Below, one piece after another: positions 19,604 through 29,681 of a DNA stretch of 64,000 nucleotides. Source of the stretch: a bacterium. GTDB taxonomy: Bacteria; UBA8248. Made by a program: the position numbers and the translations under genes. Numbering within the stretch: position 1 is the stretch's first letter; each line of letters opens with the position of its first letter. The notes beneath the pieces are model-generated. The model saw nothing but the letters and a program-made list of their open reading frames with translations. It did no database searches and was not told where the DNA came from. The DNA lies in NCBI GenBank assembly GCA_030922375.1, contig JAVEPB010000113.1:9824-73823 (forward strand), read 5' to 3'.

Positions 19604-20607
19604 GTTTCGGTATCCTCCAACTTTTCCTCAACCTTTCGAAGACGCCGGGAGATTTCCGGCAGGCGGGAGTAGACGACCATCCGGCGCCTCGCCTCGGAAA
19701 TTTCGACCGCGGGGGCGTCAAGGTAAATTTTTCCGCCCTCCAGACTCTTCGAAATCCCCGACATCGCTCCGAAAATCGCGCCATCCCCGATCTCGACGTG
19801 ATCGGCGACTCCCACCCGGCCGCCCATGATGACACCCCGCCCGAGTGTGACGCTCCCCGAAATTCCCGTCTGGCTGGCGATGAGGCTCCCTTCGCCGATT
19901 GTTACGTTGTGCGCGACCTGTACGAGGTTGTCGATCTTGACTCCCCGCTTGATTCGGGTCTCGCCGATTGAGGCGCGATCCACAACCGAACAGGCGCCGA
20001 TCTCCACATCGTCCTCAATGACGACGGTTCCCGTTTGAGGAAATTTCACCACCCCGCCACCGCCGTCGGGAACATAGCCGAATCCATCGGAGGCAATAAT
20101 CGCCCCGGCGTGCAAAACGACCCTGGCGCCCAAAGTGGCCCCCGGGTACAAAACGCAATTGGGATGAATAATACAGTCCGGCCCCAGATTCACTCCCTCG
20201 CCTATTCGTGCACCGGCCCCAATGTGGCACCCTTTCCCGATGTCCGCCCCGGGGCCGATAGAAGCCGCCGGACCGACGGAAACGCCCGCTCCGACCTTGG
20301 CCTTCTCGTCGATGATGGCCGAAGGATGAATTCCAGGAACGAGGGGTTTGGGGGGGCGAAGAAGAGCGATGGCGCGGGCGAATCCCAATTTGGGATTTTC
20401 ACAGCGTATGGCCGGGCGGCCGGGCTCGATGCCCGAGGGAACGATCAAGGCGCCCGCTTCGGTCGGTTCCTTCAGTTGCCGTTCGGATTCGGCATAACTC
20501 AGAGAATCCGGCGAGGCCCCGGCGAAATCGGCGACATCCCGCACATCGAAGTCTCCGCCGCCGATGAGTTCTCCCCCGATTTTCTCAGCGATCTCCGCGA
20601 GACGCAT
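19597..20607 (-). CDS. lpxD: UDP-3-O-acylglucosamine N-acyltransferase
   Basis: MRLAEIAEKIGGELIG at ATG 20607 is a typical LpxD start and avoids overlap with skp. Hexapeptide repeats throughout. The track start is 20637. Confidence 0.9.
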   Translation of the reverse strand: MRLAEIAEKIGGELIGGGDFDVRDVADFAGASPDSLSYAESERQLKEPTEAGALIVPSGIEPGRPAIRCENPKLGFARAIALLRPPKPLVPGIHPSAIIDEKAKVGAGVSVGPAASIGPGADIGKGCHIGAGARIGEGVNLGPDCIIHPNCVLYPGATLGARVVLHAGAIIASDGFGYVPDGGGGVVKFPQTGTVVIEDDVEIGACSVVDRASIGETRIKRGVKIDNLVQVAHNVTIGEGSLIASQTGISGSVTLGRGVIMGGRVGVADHVEIGDGAIFGAMSGISKSLEGGKIYLDAPAVEISEARRRMVVYSRLPEISRRLRKVEEKLEDTETC

Positions 20608-20608
20608 C

Positions 20609-21214
20609 TCATTTCTTCTTTTTATTGTAGAGCTCAATCACCTGGTCGGTAATGTCCACGGATTTTTTCGCGAACATGACGCCGCCAACCGTTTTGTCGA
20701 TGACGATATCGTAGTTTCCTTTCTTGGATATTTCTTGCACCACTTCGCGGGTTTGCTTGATGAGATCGTTCATCAGTTTCCGTTGACGGTTCGACAATTC
20801 CCTGCGGCTGTCCTGAACCAAACGCTTGAGTTCATCCTCATTGCGGGCGAATACCCGCTTTCGATTGCGGAGGTCCTTATTTTTTCGATCGCGCTCCTCG
20901 GGCCTCCATATGGGTCCCTTTTGTTGAATTTCGAGTTGGAGGTCCCTGATCTGTTTCACCAGTGTCTCAAGATTTTTCCGCTTCTCGATGAGTTTTTCTT
21001 CCAGGCGTTTCTTTTCCCTCTGCAGCGTCGCACGCGCTTTCCGGCCGGCCTTTGATTCGGCAACCGCCTTTTGCACATCCACCACCCCCACCCGGAACTC
21101 AGCCGAATACGCGGGACTTATGCCGAAAGTCAGGAAAAAAACCCCAACCATCGAAATTCCTGCCAGTAAACGATTCACTTCAACACCTCTCCCTTTCCAA
21201 AAATTCAAGAGCAC
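20609..21214 (-). CDS. skp: OmpH/Skp periplasmic chaperone
   Basis: Signal-like GISMVGVFFLTFGISPAYSA, then a K/E/R-rich coiled-coil typical of OmpH. Sits between bamA and lpxD as in many diderms. Confidence 0.8.
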   Translation of the reverse strand: MLLNFWKGRGVEVNRLLAGISMVGVFFLTFGISPAYSAEFRVGVVDVQKAVAESKAGRKARATLQREKKRLEEKLIEKRKNLETLVKQIRDLQLEIQQKGPIWRPEERDRKNKDLRNRKRVFARNEDELKRLVQDSRRELSNRQRKLMNDLIKQTREVVQEISKKGNYDIVIDKTVGGVMFAKKSVDITDQVIELYNKKKK

Positions 21215-21216
21215 GT

Positions 21217-23553
21217 TTAGAACGAAGCGCCTATACCGAAATGCACCTCGCGTGGACGCTCGCCCGATTTTTTGTCCAGTTTATAGCCGACATCGAGCCG
21301 TAAGGGCCCAAGCGGCGTGATTACCCTGATCCCGACGCCGGCCCCGTACCGCAGGTCGGATAAATCGTATGCGTTGTGCGTCTCCCAAACGTTGCCGGCG
21401 TCGAAGAAGGCGACCAACCGCGTCGGACCGACAAAGGGGTGCACCAACTCCGTGGACAACAACCCTGACGAGAGGCCGCCGATTGCTTCTCCCGACCGAT
21501 CCTTTGGGCCCAGATCGTCGCGATCAAAACCCCGAATCGACCGGCGGCCTTGCAGGAAAAGACGCCGGAAGGCGGGCAAAGAACCTTTAAAAGCATCCGT
21601 GTAGCGAGCTTCCATGCGATAGGACCATACCAGCTTTTTCAGGAATCGATTGCGGAATTTTTCACCAACATTAAAATACTGCCTTAAATCCGTCCGAAAG
21701 AAAGCGACATCAATATCACCACCCAAAGGCCCACCCGCAATCGAAGGAACCACCGTGAACAGTGTCCCATTGTCAGGGAAAAAGCGGCTGTTCCGGGTAT
21801 CGTACACAAGTGATGGGATCAATTTACTTTCAAGAAGAGTATCTCCTTCAATGTCGATAATATCCTGAAGCGCTACCGTGGAGACATTTGAAATTTTCGA
21901 TGTAGAAAGCTCGTAGGAAAGAAAGGCCGTCAAATCGTCGGTAAGGGATTTTCCGAAATTGATCCTCCCGCCCTGACGATTGTTGTCGAATGTCGAGAAC
22001 TCATCCTCGACGATGAATACATCCCCTCCCAGGGAAAAATCCCGATCCTGAAAATTAGGATTATTGAAGGATGCCACTGCCAACTGGGACGAACCGGAGA
22101 TACTTCCGTTCAGACTCGTCTGGTAGCCACGTCCGAAAAGGTTTTCCTCTCGAATCGAAGCCGTGAATATTCCCCCCTCGCGACTATTAAAACCAAAACC
22201 CGCGCCTATGGAGCCCGTCGGCCTCTCGTCCAACGATATATCGATATCGAGAATGTCGCTGCTACCGGGACGGCGGTTTTCCACCACTTTCACGTCCCCG
22301 AAGTAGTTGAGCCGGTTGAGGCGGCGTCGGGTGGTGGTCAGACCCTTCGAGTCGTAGAGAGCTCCCTCCGTGACGCGGACCTCCCGGCGAATGACGTTCT
22401 CGCGGGTGCGAGTATTTCCCTTGACGGTGACCTTCCCGATATATACCCGGCGGCCCTTATTGACGTTGTAAATAATGCTGACCGTCTTCTTTTCATCGTC
22501 GGCGCGGGTGGATGGCTGAACGTCCGCAAAGGCGTAACCGCGCGCAGCGAAAGCGTCGGAAATGTCCTGGGTGTCTTGAATCATAGAACCGCGGTTAAAG
22601 ACTTCGCCCGGAAAAAGCCGGAATTTGTTCTTGAGCTCCTCGGGGGGGATAACGTCTTCACCCCCACGAATTTCGAGCTCTCCGGTGTTATACTGAAATC
22701 CCTCGCTGATGGAGATGACAATGTTCAATTTTCCGCGGTCGCGGTCTTCCTTGACGATCGGCTGGCCGATCTGGGCCTTGAAAAATCCGCGCGAGTGGTA
22801 GAGATGACGAATCCGGAGAAGATCTTTTTCCAGCTCGTCCTCCTTGAATATCCCCGATTCGGTGATAAACGACCAAAAACCCGCCTCGTCGGTATCCATG
22901 GCCGCGAGGATGTCTTTCCTCGAAATACTTTCGTTTCCCCGAAAAGTTATCGTCTCGATCTCGACGCTTTCGCCTTCGTTTATCATCAGGGTGATATTGA
23001 CGGTGTTCCGGGTCCCCTCTTTCAGGACGGCTTCCACCCGCGCGAAATAATATCCGTCCTCCTGGTAAAGCTTACGGATATTGCGGACCGTCTCCTTGAT
23101 CGTCGCCTCGTTGATGATGGTCTGGGCCTTGACGGTCAAGGCCTCGCGAATTTTTTCTTCCTCGATATTGATGTTGCCCCGAAACTCGATTTTTCGGATG
23201 GTGGGTTTTTCGGTCACGCGGTAGATGACGCGAAGTCCGCCCTCGAAGGGATCGACATCCACCTTCACGTCCCGGAAAAACCCCAGGCCGTAGATGGTGC
23301 GTACATCCTCGCGAATTTGTTCGACGAGTTCGATGTTGGTGTAGGCCTTGCCCTCGGCTATCTTGATATAGAAAAGGACAGTGGAACGATCAACACGTTT
23401 GTTGCCGTGAATTTCAACTGCCTTGATCGAAATGGCCGGGGAAGGAGCCTGCGCCACATCGTACGAACCTTGCGCCGGGACGCTTCGGGCGGAGAAAGCG
23501 AGACACAAAACGGATATGCAAACGCAAACCACCACCCTCGCCGCATTTGCCAT
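21217..23553 (-). CDS. bamA: Outer membrane protein assembly factor BamA
   Basis: 778 aa. Signal peptide, POTRA-type repeats (IKAVEIHGNKRV..., IRKIEFRGN..., IETITFRGN...), and a C-terminal beta-barrel ending ...HFGIGASF. Confidence 0.92.
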   Translation of the reverse strand: MANAARVVVCVCISVLCLAFSARSVPAQGSYDVAQAPSPAISIKAVEIHGNKRVDRSTVLFYIKIAEGKAYTNIELVEQIREDVRTIYGLGFFRDVKVDVDPFEGGLRVIYRVTEKPTIRKIEFRGNINIEEEKIREALTVKAQTIINEATIKETVRNIRKLYQEDGYYFARVEAVLKEGTRNTVNITLMINEGESVEIETITFRGNESISRKDILAAMDTDEAGFWSFITESGIFKEDELEKDLLRIRHLYHSRGFFKAQIGQPIVKEDRDRGKLNIVISISEGFQYNTGELEIRGGEDVIPPEELKNKFRLFPGEVFNRGSMIQDTQDISDAFAARGYAFADVQPSTRADDEKKTVSIIYNVNKGRRVYIGKVTVKGNTRTRENVIRREVRVTEGALYDSKGLTTTRRRLNRLNYFGDVKVVENRRPGSSDILDIDISLDERPTGSIGAGFGFNSREGGIFTASIREENLFGRGYQTSLNGSISGSSQLAVASFNNPNFQDRDFSLGGDVFIVEDEFSTFDNNRQGGRINFGKSLTDDLTAFLSYELSTSKISNVSTVALQDIIDIEGDTLLESKLIPSLVYDTRNSRFFPDNGTLFTVVPSIAGGPLGGDIDVAFFRTDLRQYFNVGEKFRNRFLKKLVWSYRMEARYTDAFKGSLPAFRRLFLQGRRSIRGFDRDDLGPKDRSGEAIGGLSSGLLSTELVHPFVGPTRLVAFFDAGNVWETHNAYDLSDLRYGAGVGIRVITPLGPLRLDVGYKLDKKSGERPREVHFGIGASF

Positions 23554-23583
23554 AAATGACTCCCTGCGCGGTGAAGTGGCTTA

Positions 23584-23621
23584 TTTAAAAAATCCAGGAG
23601 GCAGTATCAGACATCCTGGAT
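23584..23621 (-). terminator. Intrinsic-terminator-like hairpin with the clpC stop codon in its loop
   Basis: ATCCAGGA (23592-23599) pairs with TCCTGGAT (23614-23621), an 8-bp stem. The 14-nt loop contains the stop at 23607-23609. On the minus strand TTTTT follows the stem. Confidence 0.5.
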
Positions 23622-26051
23622 GCTGAATACTTCGGAATCTTCCTTGGCCTCGAAAACCAGCTCATCGCCGGCGAGCTTGACCAAAATAACACCTGTGTCG
23701 GCGAACTTGCCGCGGAGGACCTCCTCGCTGAGAGTGTCCTCTATGTGCCTCTGAATTACGCGGCGAAGCGGCCGGGCGCCGTAGGCGGGGTCGTATCCCT
23801 CGTTGCCCACCCAGTCCTTGGCCTCGTCGGTCAACTCCAGGCGCAGTTCCTTATCGGCCAGTGTCTCGTTCACTTTGGCGATCTCGATATCAACGATCTT
23901 GAGAATATTATCGTGAGTGAGAGGACTGAAGATCACCACATCGTCGATGCGGTTCAAAAACTCGGGATTAAACGTCCTCTTCAGCTCATTGCGAATATTG
24001 TCCTTGACCCTCTCGAAGCCTTTCCCCGTTTCCTCTTTCTGGAACCCGAGGGCGGTTCCCTTTTCGATGGAACGCGCCGCCAGATTAGACGTCATGATGA
24101 TGATCGTATTCTTGAAATCGATGAGCCGCCCGTAGCTGTCCGTGAGAGCGCCGTCGTCCATCACCTGAAGTAGAAGGTGGTAGACGTCGGGATGCGCTTT
24201 TTCGATTTCATCCAACAGGATCACCGAATAGGGCTTGCGGCGGACGCGCTCGGTGAGTTGTCCGCCTTCCTCGTAGCCCACATATCCCGGAGGCGCACCG
24301 GTCAGGCGCGAAACGTTGAATCGCTCCATGTATTCACTCATATCGATACGGATAAGAGCCGACGGGTCGCCGAACATGAATTCGGCGAGCACGCGGGCCA
24401 TCTCGGTCTTGCCCACGCCCGTTGGACCCAGGAACAAAAAGCTGCCGATCGGGCGCTTGGGGTTTTTCAGACCCGCCCGGGAACGGCGAACGGCCTTTGT
24501 GAGAAGGCGGGTGCCCTCCTCCTGGCCAATGATTTTGTTGTTGAGCTCCTCCTCCATCCTGAGGAGTTTATCGTTCTCCACTTCCCCGATGCGCTGCAAG
24601 GGAACTCCCGTCATCCGGCTGACGACAAAGGCAACATCATCCTGGGTAACCAGCGCCTCATCGTCGGACTGCTCGGCCTCCCACTCGGACTTGAGCTCCT
24701 CGAGACGGCCACGGTCATTTTCTTCCTGATCGCGAAGCTCGACCGCCTTCTCGAAATCCTGATTTTCAATCATGTCTTTCTTGAGGCGGATCGTATCGTC
24801 GATTTTCCGTTGAAGCTCGCGGATCGAGGTCGGAAAGGTCTCTTTCGCAAGACGCACCTTGCTGCAGGCCTCGTCGATTACGTCGATGGCCTTGTCGGGC
24901 AGGTAGCGATCCGAGACATACTGAGAGGACAGTTTCACCGCCGAGACAATCGCCTCGTCCACGATGCGGGCTTTGTGATGTTTTTCGTACTTGTCCTTGA
25001 GTCCGCGCAAGATGCTCACGGCATCGTCGTTCGATGGCGGCTCCACCATGATGGACTGAAAACGCCTCTCGAGCGCGCCGTTTTTCTCGATGTACTTGCG
25101 ATACTCATCGAGTGTGGTCGCGCCGATGCACTGAACCTCGCCCCGGCTCAGCGCGGGTTTAAGCATATTCGATGCGTCGATAGAACCCTCGGCGGCGCCG
25201 GCGCCGACGAGGGTGTGCAATTCATCGATGAAGATAATCACGTCCTGGCTCTGTGTGATCTCTTTCATGATCGCCTTAAGACGAGCCTCGAACTGGCCGC
25301 GGTACTTGGTCCCGGCGACGAGGGCCCCCAGGTCAAGCGCGACCACCCGCTTTCCGTAGAGGATTTGAGGAACCTCCTTGGCGATGATGAGTTGGGAGAG
25401 GCCTTCGACGATAGCCGTCTTTCCGACCCCGGGCTCGCCGATCAGGACGGGGTTATTCTTCGTCCGCCGGGCGAGAATCTGTATCACCCGCTCAATCTCG
25501 TCGTTTCGGCCGATTACCGGGTCGAGCTTGCCCTCCTCTGCCAGTTCGGTCAGGTCGCGGCCAAACTCATCGAGAGCGGGGGTCTTGCTCTTGTCCCTCG
25601 AGCGTGTGGCGACGGGCTCTCTAAGCAGGTTGATCGTCTGCTCGCGGGTCTGCTGGAGCTTGACGCCAAAGCTTCCCAGTATCTTCGCCGCCAGGCCGTC
25701 TTTCTCGCGGACGATCCCCAACAGCAGATGTTCGGTGCCGATATAGTTGTGGCCCATGAGGCGCGCTTCTTCGACGGCATACTCGAGGACTTTTTTCGCC
25801 TTCGGCGTGAAGGGAATATCGCCCTCGACCGGACCGCTCGTGCTCTTGGGCAAATTTCTTTCGAGTTCAAGGCGCAACTGTTTCGGGTCCACCCCCAGTT
25901 TCTGAAGAACCGCGATTGCGATTCCGCCACCATCTTTCAAAACACCCAGAAGAATGTGCTCGGTTCCCAAATACTCGTGCCGGTAATTATCCGCTTCCTC
26001 TCTGGCGAGGATGATGACTTTACGGGCGCGCTCCGTGAAACGCTTAAACAT
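23607..26051 (-). CDS. clpC: ATP-dependent Clp protease ATP-binding subunit ClpC-type (two AAA+ modules)
   Basis: Clp_N repeats ([13 protein letters not shown]...[11 protein letters not shown] and [11 protein letters not shown]). Walker [15 protein letters not shown] and [18 protein letters not shown]-like linker [11 protein letters not shown]. Confidence 0.9.
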   Translation of the reverse strand: MFKRFTERARKVIILAREEADNYRHEYLGTEHILLGVLKDGGGIAIAVLQKLGVDPKQLRLELERNLPKSTSGPVEGDIPFTPKAKKVLEYAVEEARLMGHNYIGTEHLLLGIVREKDGLAAKILGSFGVKLQQTREQTINLLREPVATRSRDKSKTPALDEFGRDLTELAEEGKLDPVIGRNDEIERVIQILARRTKNNPVLIGEPGVGKTAIVEGLSQLIIAKEVPQILYGKRVVALDLGALVAGTKYRGQFEARLKAIMKEITQSQDVIIFIDELHTLVGAGAAEGSIDASNMLKPALSRGEVQCIGATTLDEYRKYIEKNGALERRFQSIMVEPPSNDDAVSILRGLKDKYEKHHKARIVDEAIVSAVKLSSQYVSDRYLPDKAIDVIDEACSKVRLAKETFPTSIRELQRKIDDTIRLKKDMIENQDFEKAVELRDQEENDRGRLEELKSEWEAEQSDDEALVTQDDVAFVVSRMTGVPLQRIGEVENDKLLRMEEELNNKIIGQEEGTRLLTKAVRRSRAGLKNPKRPIGSFLFLGPTGVGKTEMARVLAEFMFGDPSALIRIDMSEYMERFNVSRLTGAPPGYVGYEEGGQLTERVRRKPYSVILLDEIEKAHPDVYHLLLQVMDDGALTDSYGRLIDFKNTIIIMTSNLAARSIEKGTALGFQKEETGKGFERVKDNIRNELKRTFNPEFLNRIDDVVIFSPLTHDNILKIVDIEIAKVNETLADKELRLELTDEAKDWVGNEGYDPAYGARPLRRVIQRHIEDTLSEEVLRGKFADTGVILVKLAGDELVFEAKEDSEVFSIQDV

Positions 26052-26074
26052 ACGGCCCTCCTTGCGAGACCTTG

Positions 26075-26806
26075 TTACTTGGCGTCGATCTGACCATCCA
26101 CCATGACGGCCTGGCGATCCATCCTCCCGGCGATTTCTGCATTATGCGTAGCCACGAGGAATGTCACACCGTCAGAGTGATTGATCTCCTTCATCAGTTC
26201 GAAGATTAAGCTCGCCGCACCGGAATCCAAATTGCCAGTCGGTTCATCGGCCAAAACCAGTGAAGGCCGATTCACCAAGGCTCTTGCGATAGCCACTCTT
26301 TGCTGCTCGCCACCCGAAAGCTCAGAGGGACGATGATGAATTCTCTCTTTTAATCCTACCCTGTCGAGGAGGTGGCCGGCCCGGCCTTCCACCTCCCGGC
26401 GGGACTCCCCACCCAACATCCCGGGTATCATAACATTTTCCAGAGCAGAAAACTCCGGAAGGAGGTGATGAAACTGAAAGATAAAACCGATTTCACGATT
26501 TCGAAACAAAGCCAATTCCGCGTCCGAAAGCCCGGACAGGCTTCTGTCTTTATACCGGATTTCCCCGCTGGTGGGGCGCTCCAGAGCCCCCAGGACGTGG
26601 AGCAGCGTACTTTTTCCGGCTCCCGAGGCGCCCGTGACGGCCACTATTTCTCCGGAATGAATCTCCAGGTTCACCCCCCTGAGCACCAGGACCGAGCCTC
26701 CGCCCATGCGATAGGATTTTTCAAGGGCGCGCACGGAAACAATAACTTCTTTATTATCAATTACTTGATCAATGGCAGCCGCTTCCTCGGAGATAGGCTC
26801 AACCAT
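26075..26806 (-). CDS. lolD: Lipoprotein-releasing ABC transporter ATP-binding protein
   Basis: Walker A GASGAGKSTLLH, signature LSGGEQQRVAIARAL, Walker B LVLADEPTGNLD. Overlaps the lolC/E stop by 8 nt. Confidence 0.85.
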   Translation of the reverse strand: MVEPISEEAAAIDQVIDNKEVIVSVRALEKSYRMGGGSVLVLRGVNLEIHSGEIVAVTGASGAGKSTLLHVLGALERPTSGEIRYKDRSLSGLSDAELALFRNREIGFIFQFHHLLPEFSALENVMIPGMLGGESRREVEGRAGHLLDRVGLKERIHHRPSELSGGEQQRVAIARALVNRPSLVLADEPTGNLDSGAASLIFELMKEINHSDGVTFLVATHNAEIAGRMDRQAVMVDGQIDAK

Positions 26807-28055
26807 AGCGAAGTATTTCCACCGGGTCGACGCGAGAAGCTCTCCAGGCGGGGTACAATGTCGCTAAAAGACTGATTAAAAAGGCTCCCATCGCCATAAT
26901 CGAAATATCCTGAGCGGTCATATAAACCGGGAGACGGCTAATATGGTAGACACTGGCCGGTAGGATGTCCAGACCGAAATAAACTTCGAGAAAATCCTCC
27001 ACCACCCCCAAATTCCAACCCAAAACCAGCCCGCCCAGCGTCCCCAAAACGGCCCCGGCCAGCCCCATCGTCGCTCCCTGGAAAAAGAAAATCCGCAGAA
27101 TCACTCCCCGGGTGGCGCCCATCGATTTCAAAATCGCGATCTCGCGGATCTTCTCCATCACCACCATGATGAGCGAGCCGATGATATTGAACGCGGCCAC
27201 CACGATGACCAGAAGGAGCAGAATCGTCATCGTCGTCTTCTCGGTCTTGAGGGCCGAGAAAAGATTCCGGTTCATCGTCTGCCATGAGCGCACCCAGTAC
27301 GGATACGGAAGCGACTCCTGGAGCCGGCGGGCCACCCGCTCGGCCTCGAAAATATCCGAAACCCGGAGATGAACACCCGTCACCCCCTTGCCCAGGCCAA
27401 AGAATTTTTGACCCTGCTTCAGGGAGATGATGGCCAGGCCCGAGTCGTACTGATAAAACCCGCTTCTGAAAATTCCGGCCACCTCAAAATTCTTCGATCG
27501 GGGCAGCATTCCCATCGGAGTAACCTCGCCGACGGGGCTGATGATGGTGACATTTTCCCCAAGCTCCACTCCGAGGGATGAAGCCAGCTCGGCCCCGAGA
27601 ATCACCCCCGGCGGAGCGCCGCCGCCCGCCAGACTTTTGAGCGATCCGGCGCGCATGTAGTCGCGCAGGTCGGTGACGTTTTCCTCCCGGGCGGGGTCGA
27701 TTCCCCGCACCACCGCGCCCATGACCGAGCCCCGCGACGAAAGCATCGCCTGGCCGTAGACAAACGGGGCCGCCGCGACGACCTGGGTTTCTTTCTTCAC
27801 TTTGTCCAAAACGCCGCCCCATTTGTTCAGGGAAGCCGACCCCGCCTCCACGATGACGACATGGCTTTGGGTGCCGAGAATCTTGGTGCGCAGCTCGCGC
27901 TCGAACCCCGTCATCACGCCCACGACGACAATCAGCGTGGCGACACCGAGGGCGACGCCCAGGACGGATATCCAGGTGGTCAGGGAGATAAAGGCGGTTT
28001 TCTTCCTCGAGCGCAGGTGCCGCATCCCGATATAGAGTTCGACCGGAATCCGCAC
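26799..28055 (-). CDS. lolC: Lipoprotein-releasing ABC transporter permease LolC/LolE family
   Basis: GTG at 28055 gives VRIPVELYIGMRHLRSRKKTAFISL (FtsX/MacB-type permease, about 418 aa). The track entry extends to 28604 through an R/P-rich artefact overlapping lysS. Confidence 0.85.
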   Translation of the reverse strand: MRIPVELYIGMRHLRSRKKTAFISLTTWISVLGVALGVATLIVVVGVMTGFERELRTKILGTQSHVVIVEAGSASLNKWGGVLDKVKKETQVVAAAPFVYGQAMLSSRGSVMGAVVRGIDPAREENVTDLRDYMRAGSLKSLAGGGAPPGVILGAELASSLGVELGENVTIISPVGEVTPMGMLPRSKNFEVAGIFRSGFYQYDSGLAIISLKQGQKFFGLGKGVTGVHLRVSDIFEAERVARRLQESLPYPYWVRSWQTMNRNLFSALKTEKTTMTILLLLVIVVAAFNIIGSLIMVVMEKIREIAILKSMGATRGVILRIFFFQGATMGLAGAVLGTLGGLVLGWNLGVVEDFLEVYFGLDILPASVYHISRLPVYMTAQDISIMAMGAFLISLLATLYPAWRASRVDPVEILRYG

Positions 28056-28057
28056 GG

Positions 28058-29620
28058 CTAGTCCTGCATCTTCCTGAGAAGAGGAAAGAGGATCACGTCG
28101 CGGATCGACTGCGAGTCGGTCAGGAGCATGATCAGGCGATCGATGCCGATTCCCTCGCCCGCCGTGGGCGGCAGGCCGTACTCCAGGGCCCGGAGGTAAT
28201 CCCAGTCCACCTCGTGGGCCTCCTCGTCGCCCGCCTCGCGGGCCGCCGCCTGCGCCTCGAAGCGCGCTCTCTGGTCGTCGGGGTCGTTGAGCTCGGTGTA
28301 GGCGTTGGCTATCTCGCGGCCGGCGATGATGAGCTCGAAGCGCTCGACCGTTTCGGGGTCGTCCTCCCGGCTCTTCGAGAGGGGCGAGAGCGCCCGCGGG
28401 AAGTCGTAGATAAAGGTCGGCTGGCGGAGCTTGGGCTCCACCGTCTCCTCGAAGAGATATTCGAGCAGGTGGACATGAGCCATCTCGTCGGGAATCGGGC
28501 AGCCCGTCCGCGCCGCCAGAGCGCGGGCGTGGGTCCGGGCCGCCTCTTCGCTTTCGAGCACTTCGGGGGGCGCTTCCCCGAGTTCGACGATGGCTTCGCG
28601 CCATTTATACCGCGCCCAAGGGGCGGCGAAGGATATCTCCTCGCCGCCGTAGGTCACCTCTCGGCCGCCGGCGATTTCCTCGGCGATGCCGCCGATCATC
28701 TCCTCGGTGAGGTCCATCAGATCGTTATAGTCGGCATAGGCCATATAGAACTCGATCATGGTGAACTCGGGGTTATGCTGGATGGATATCCCCTCGTTCC
28801 GGAAATTGCGGTTGATCTCATAAACCCGGTCGATGCCGCCGACGACGAGGCGTTTGAGATAGAGCTCGGGCGCCACCCTGAGGAAAAGGTCCATGTCGAG
28901 GGTGTTGTGGTGGGTGACGAAGGGCCGCGCCGTCGCGCCCCCGGCGATGGACTGCATCATCGGCGTCTCCACCTCGAGGAACCCCCGCTCGTCGAGAAAC
29001 CGGCGCATGAGCTGGATCATCCGCGATCGTTTCTTGAATATCCCGATCACGTCCGGATTCGCGATCAGGTCCACATACCGCTGGCGGTAGCGAAGCTCGA
29101 CGTTCTGAAGACCGTGCCATTTTTCGGGAAGGGGGTGCATGTTCTTCGTCAGCATACGTATCCCACGCACCCAGACGGAAAGCTCGCCCGTGCGGGTTTT
29201 GAAAATGCCCCCCTCGCAACCCACGATGTCGCCGATGTCGAACTCCTTGGCGGCGGCGAATTTCTCCTCGCCCAGCTCGTTCATCCGGATGAAAAGCTGA
29301 ATCCGCCCGCTGCCGTCGCGCAGGTCCATGAAAATGACCTTACCCTGGAGCCGTTTGGCCATGACACGTCCGGCGACGACGAAGCGCTGCCCCTTCGTCT
29401 CGGCGTAGCCTTCCTCGGTCAGATCGCCCTGCTCCGAGACGATTTCGCCAATTCGGTGAGAGACCCGGAAGCGGTTCGGGAAGGGGTTTTCGCCCGCCTC
29501 GCGGATGGCCTCGAGCTTTCGGCGGCGCTGTTCGATCAACTCGCCGATTGGGCCCTCCGCTGCCGGGGCGGCATCTCCTTCCGGGACGGAACCTTTTATG
29601 TTTGGTGACGATTCGCTCAT
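28058..29620 (-). CDS. lysS: Lysine--tRNA ligase (class II)
   Basis: 520 aa. OB-fold region ([23 protein letters not shown]) plus class II motifs ([32 protein letters not shown]). The prfB-lysS order is widely conserved. Confidence 0.92.
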   Translation of the reverse strand: MSESSPNIKGSVPEGDAAPAAEGPIGELIEQRRRKLEAIREAGENPFPNRFRVSHRIGEIVSEQGDLTEEGYAETKGQRFVVAGRVMAKRLQGKVIFMDLRDGSGRIQLFIRMNELGEEKFAAAKEFDIGDIVGCEGGIFKTRTGELSVWVRGIRMLTKNMHPLPEKWHGLQNVELRYRQRYVDLIANPDVIGIFKKRSRMIQLMRRFLDERGFLEVETPMMQSIAGGATARPFVTHHNTLDMDLFLRVAPELYLKRLVVGGIDRVYEINRNFRNEGISIQHNPEFTMIEFYMAYADYNDLMDLTEEMIGGIAEEIAGGREVTYGGEEISFAAPWARYKWREAIVELGEAPPEVLESEEAARTHARALAARTGCPIPDEMAHVHLLEYLFEETVEPKLRQPTFIYDFPRALSPLSKSREDDPETVERFELIIAGREIANAYTELNDPDDQRARFEAQAAAREAGDEEAHEVDWDYLRALEYGLPPTAGEGIGIDRLIMLLTDSQSIRDVILFPLLRKMQD

Positions 29621-29681
29621 AAGTGACTGGCTTCCTTGCTCACGGGTAATGGCCGGTGCGAGAGGCCTTAGTCACGAGGCC

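Noticed and set aside
24177-26093. 638-aa plus-strand ORF antisense to clpC
   Set aside because: It is a typical high-GC antisense open frame (G/D/E/V/A/L/R-rich, no motifs). It is fully shadowed by a gene with unmistakable AAA+ motifs.
28056-28604. N-terminal ~180-aa extension of the lolC/E ORF overlapping lysS
   Set aside because: R/G/P-rich with no homology-like features. GTG at 28055 gives a normal LolC/E N-terminus right after the lysS stop.
28214-29608. 464-aa plus-strand ORF antisense to lysS
   Set aside because: Same high-GC antisense artefact. lysS on the opposite strand is unambiguous.
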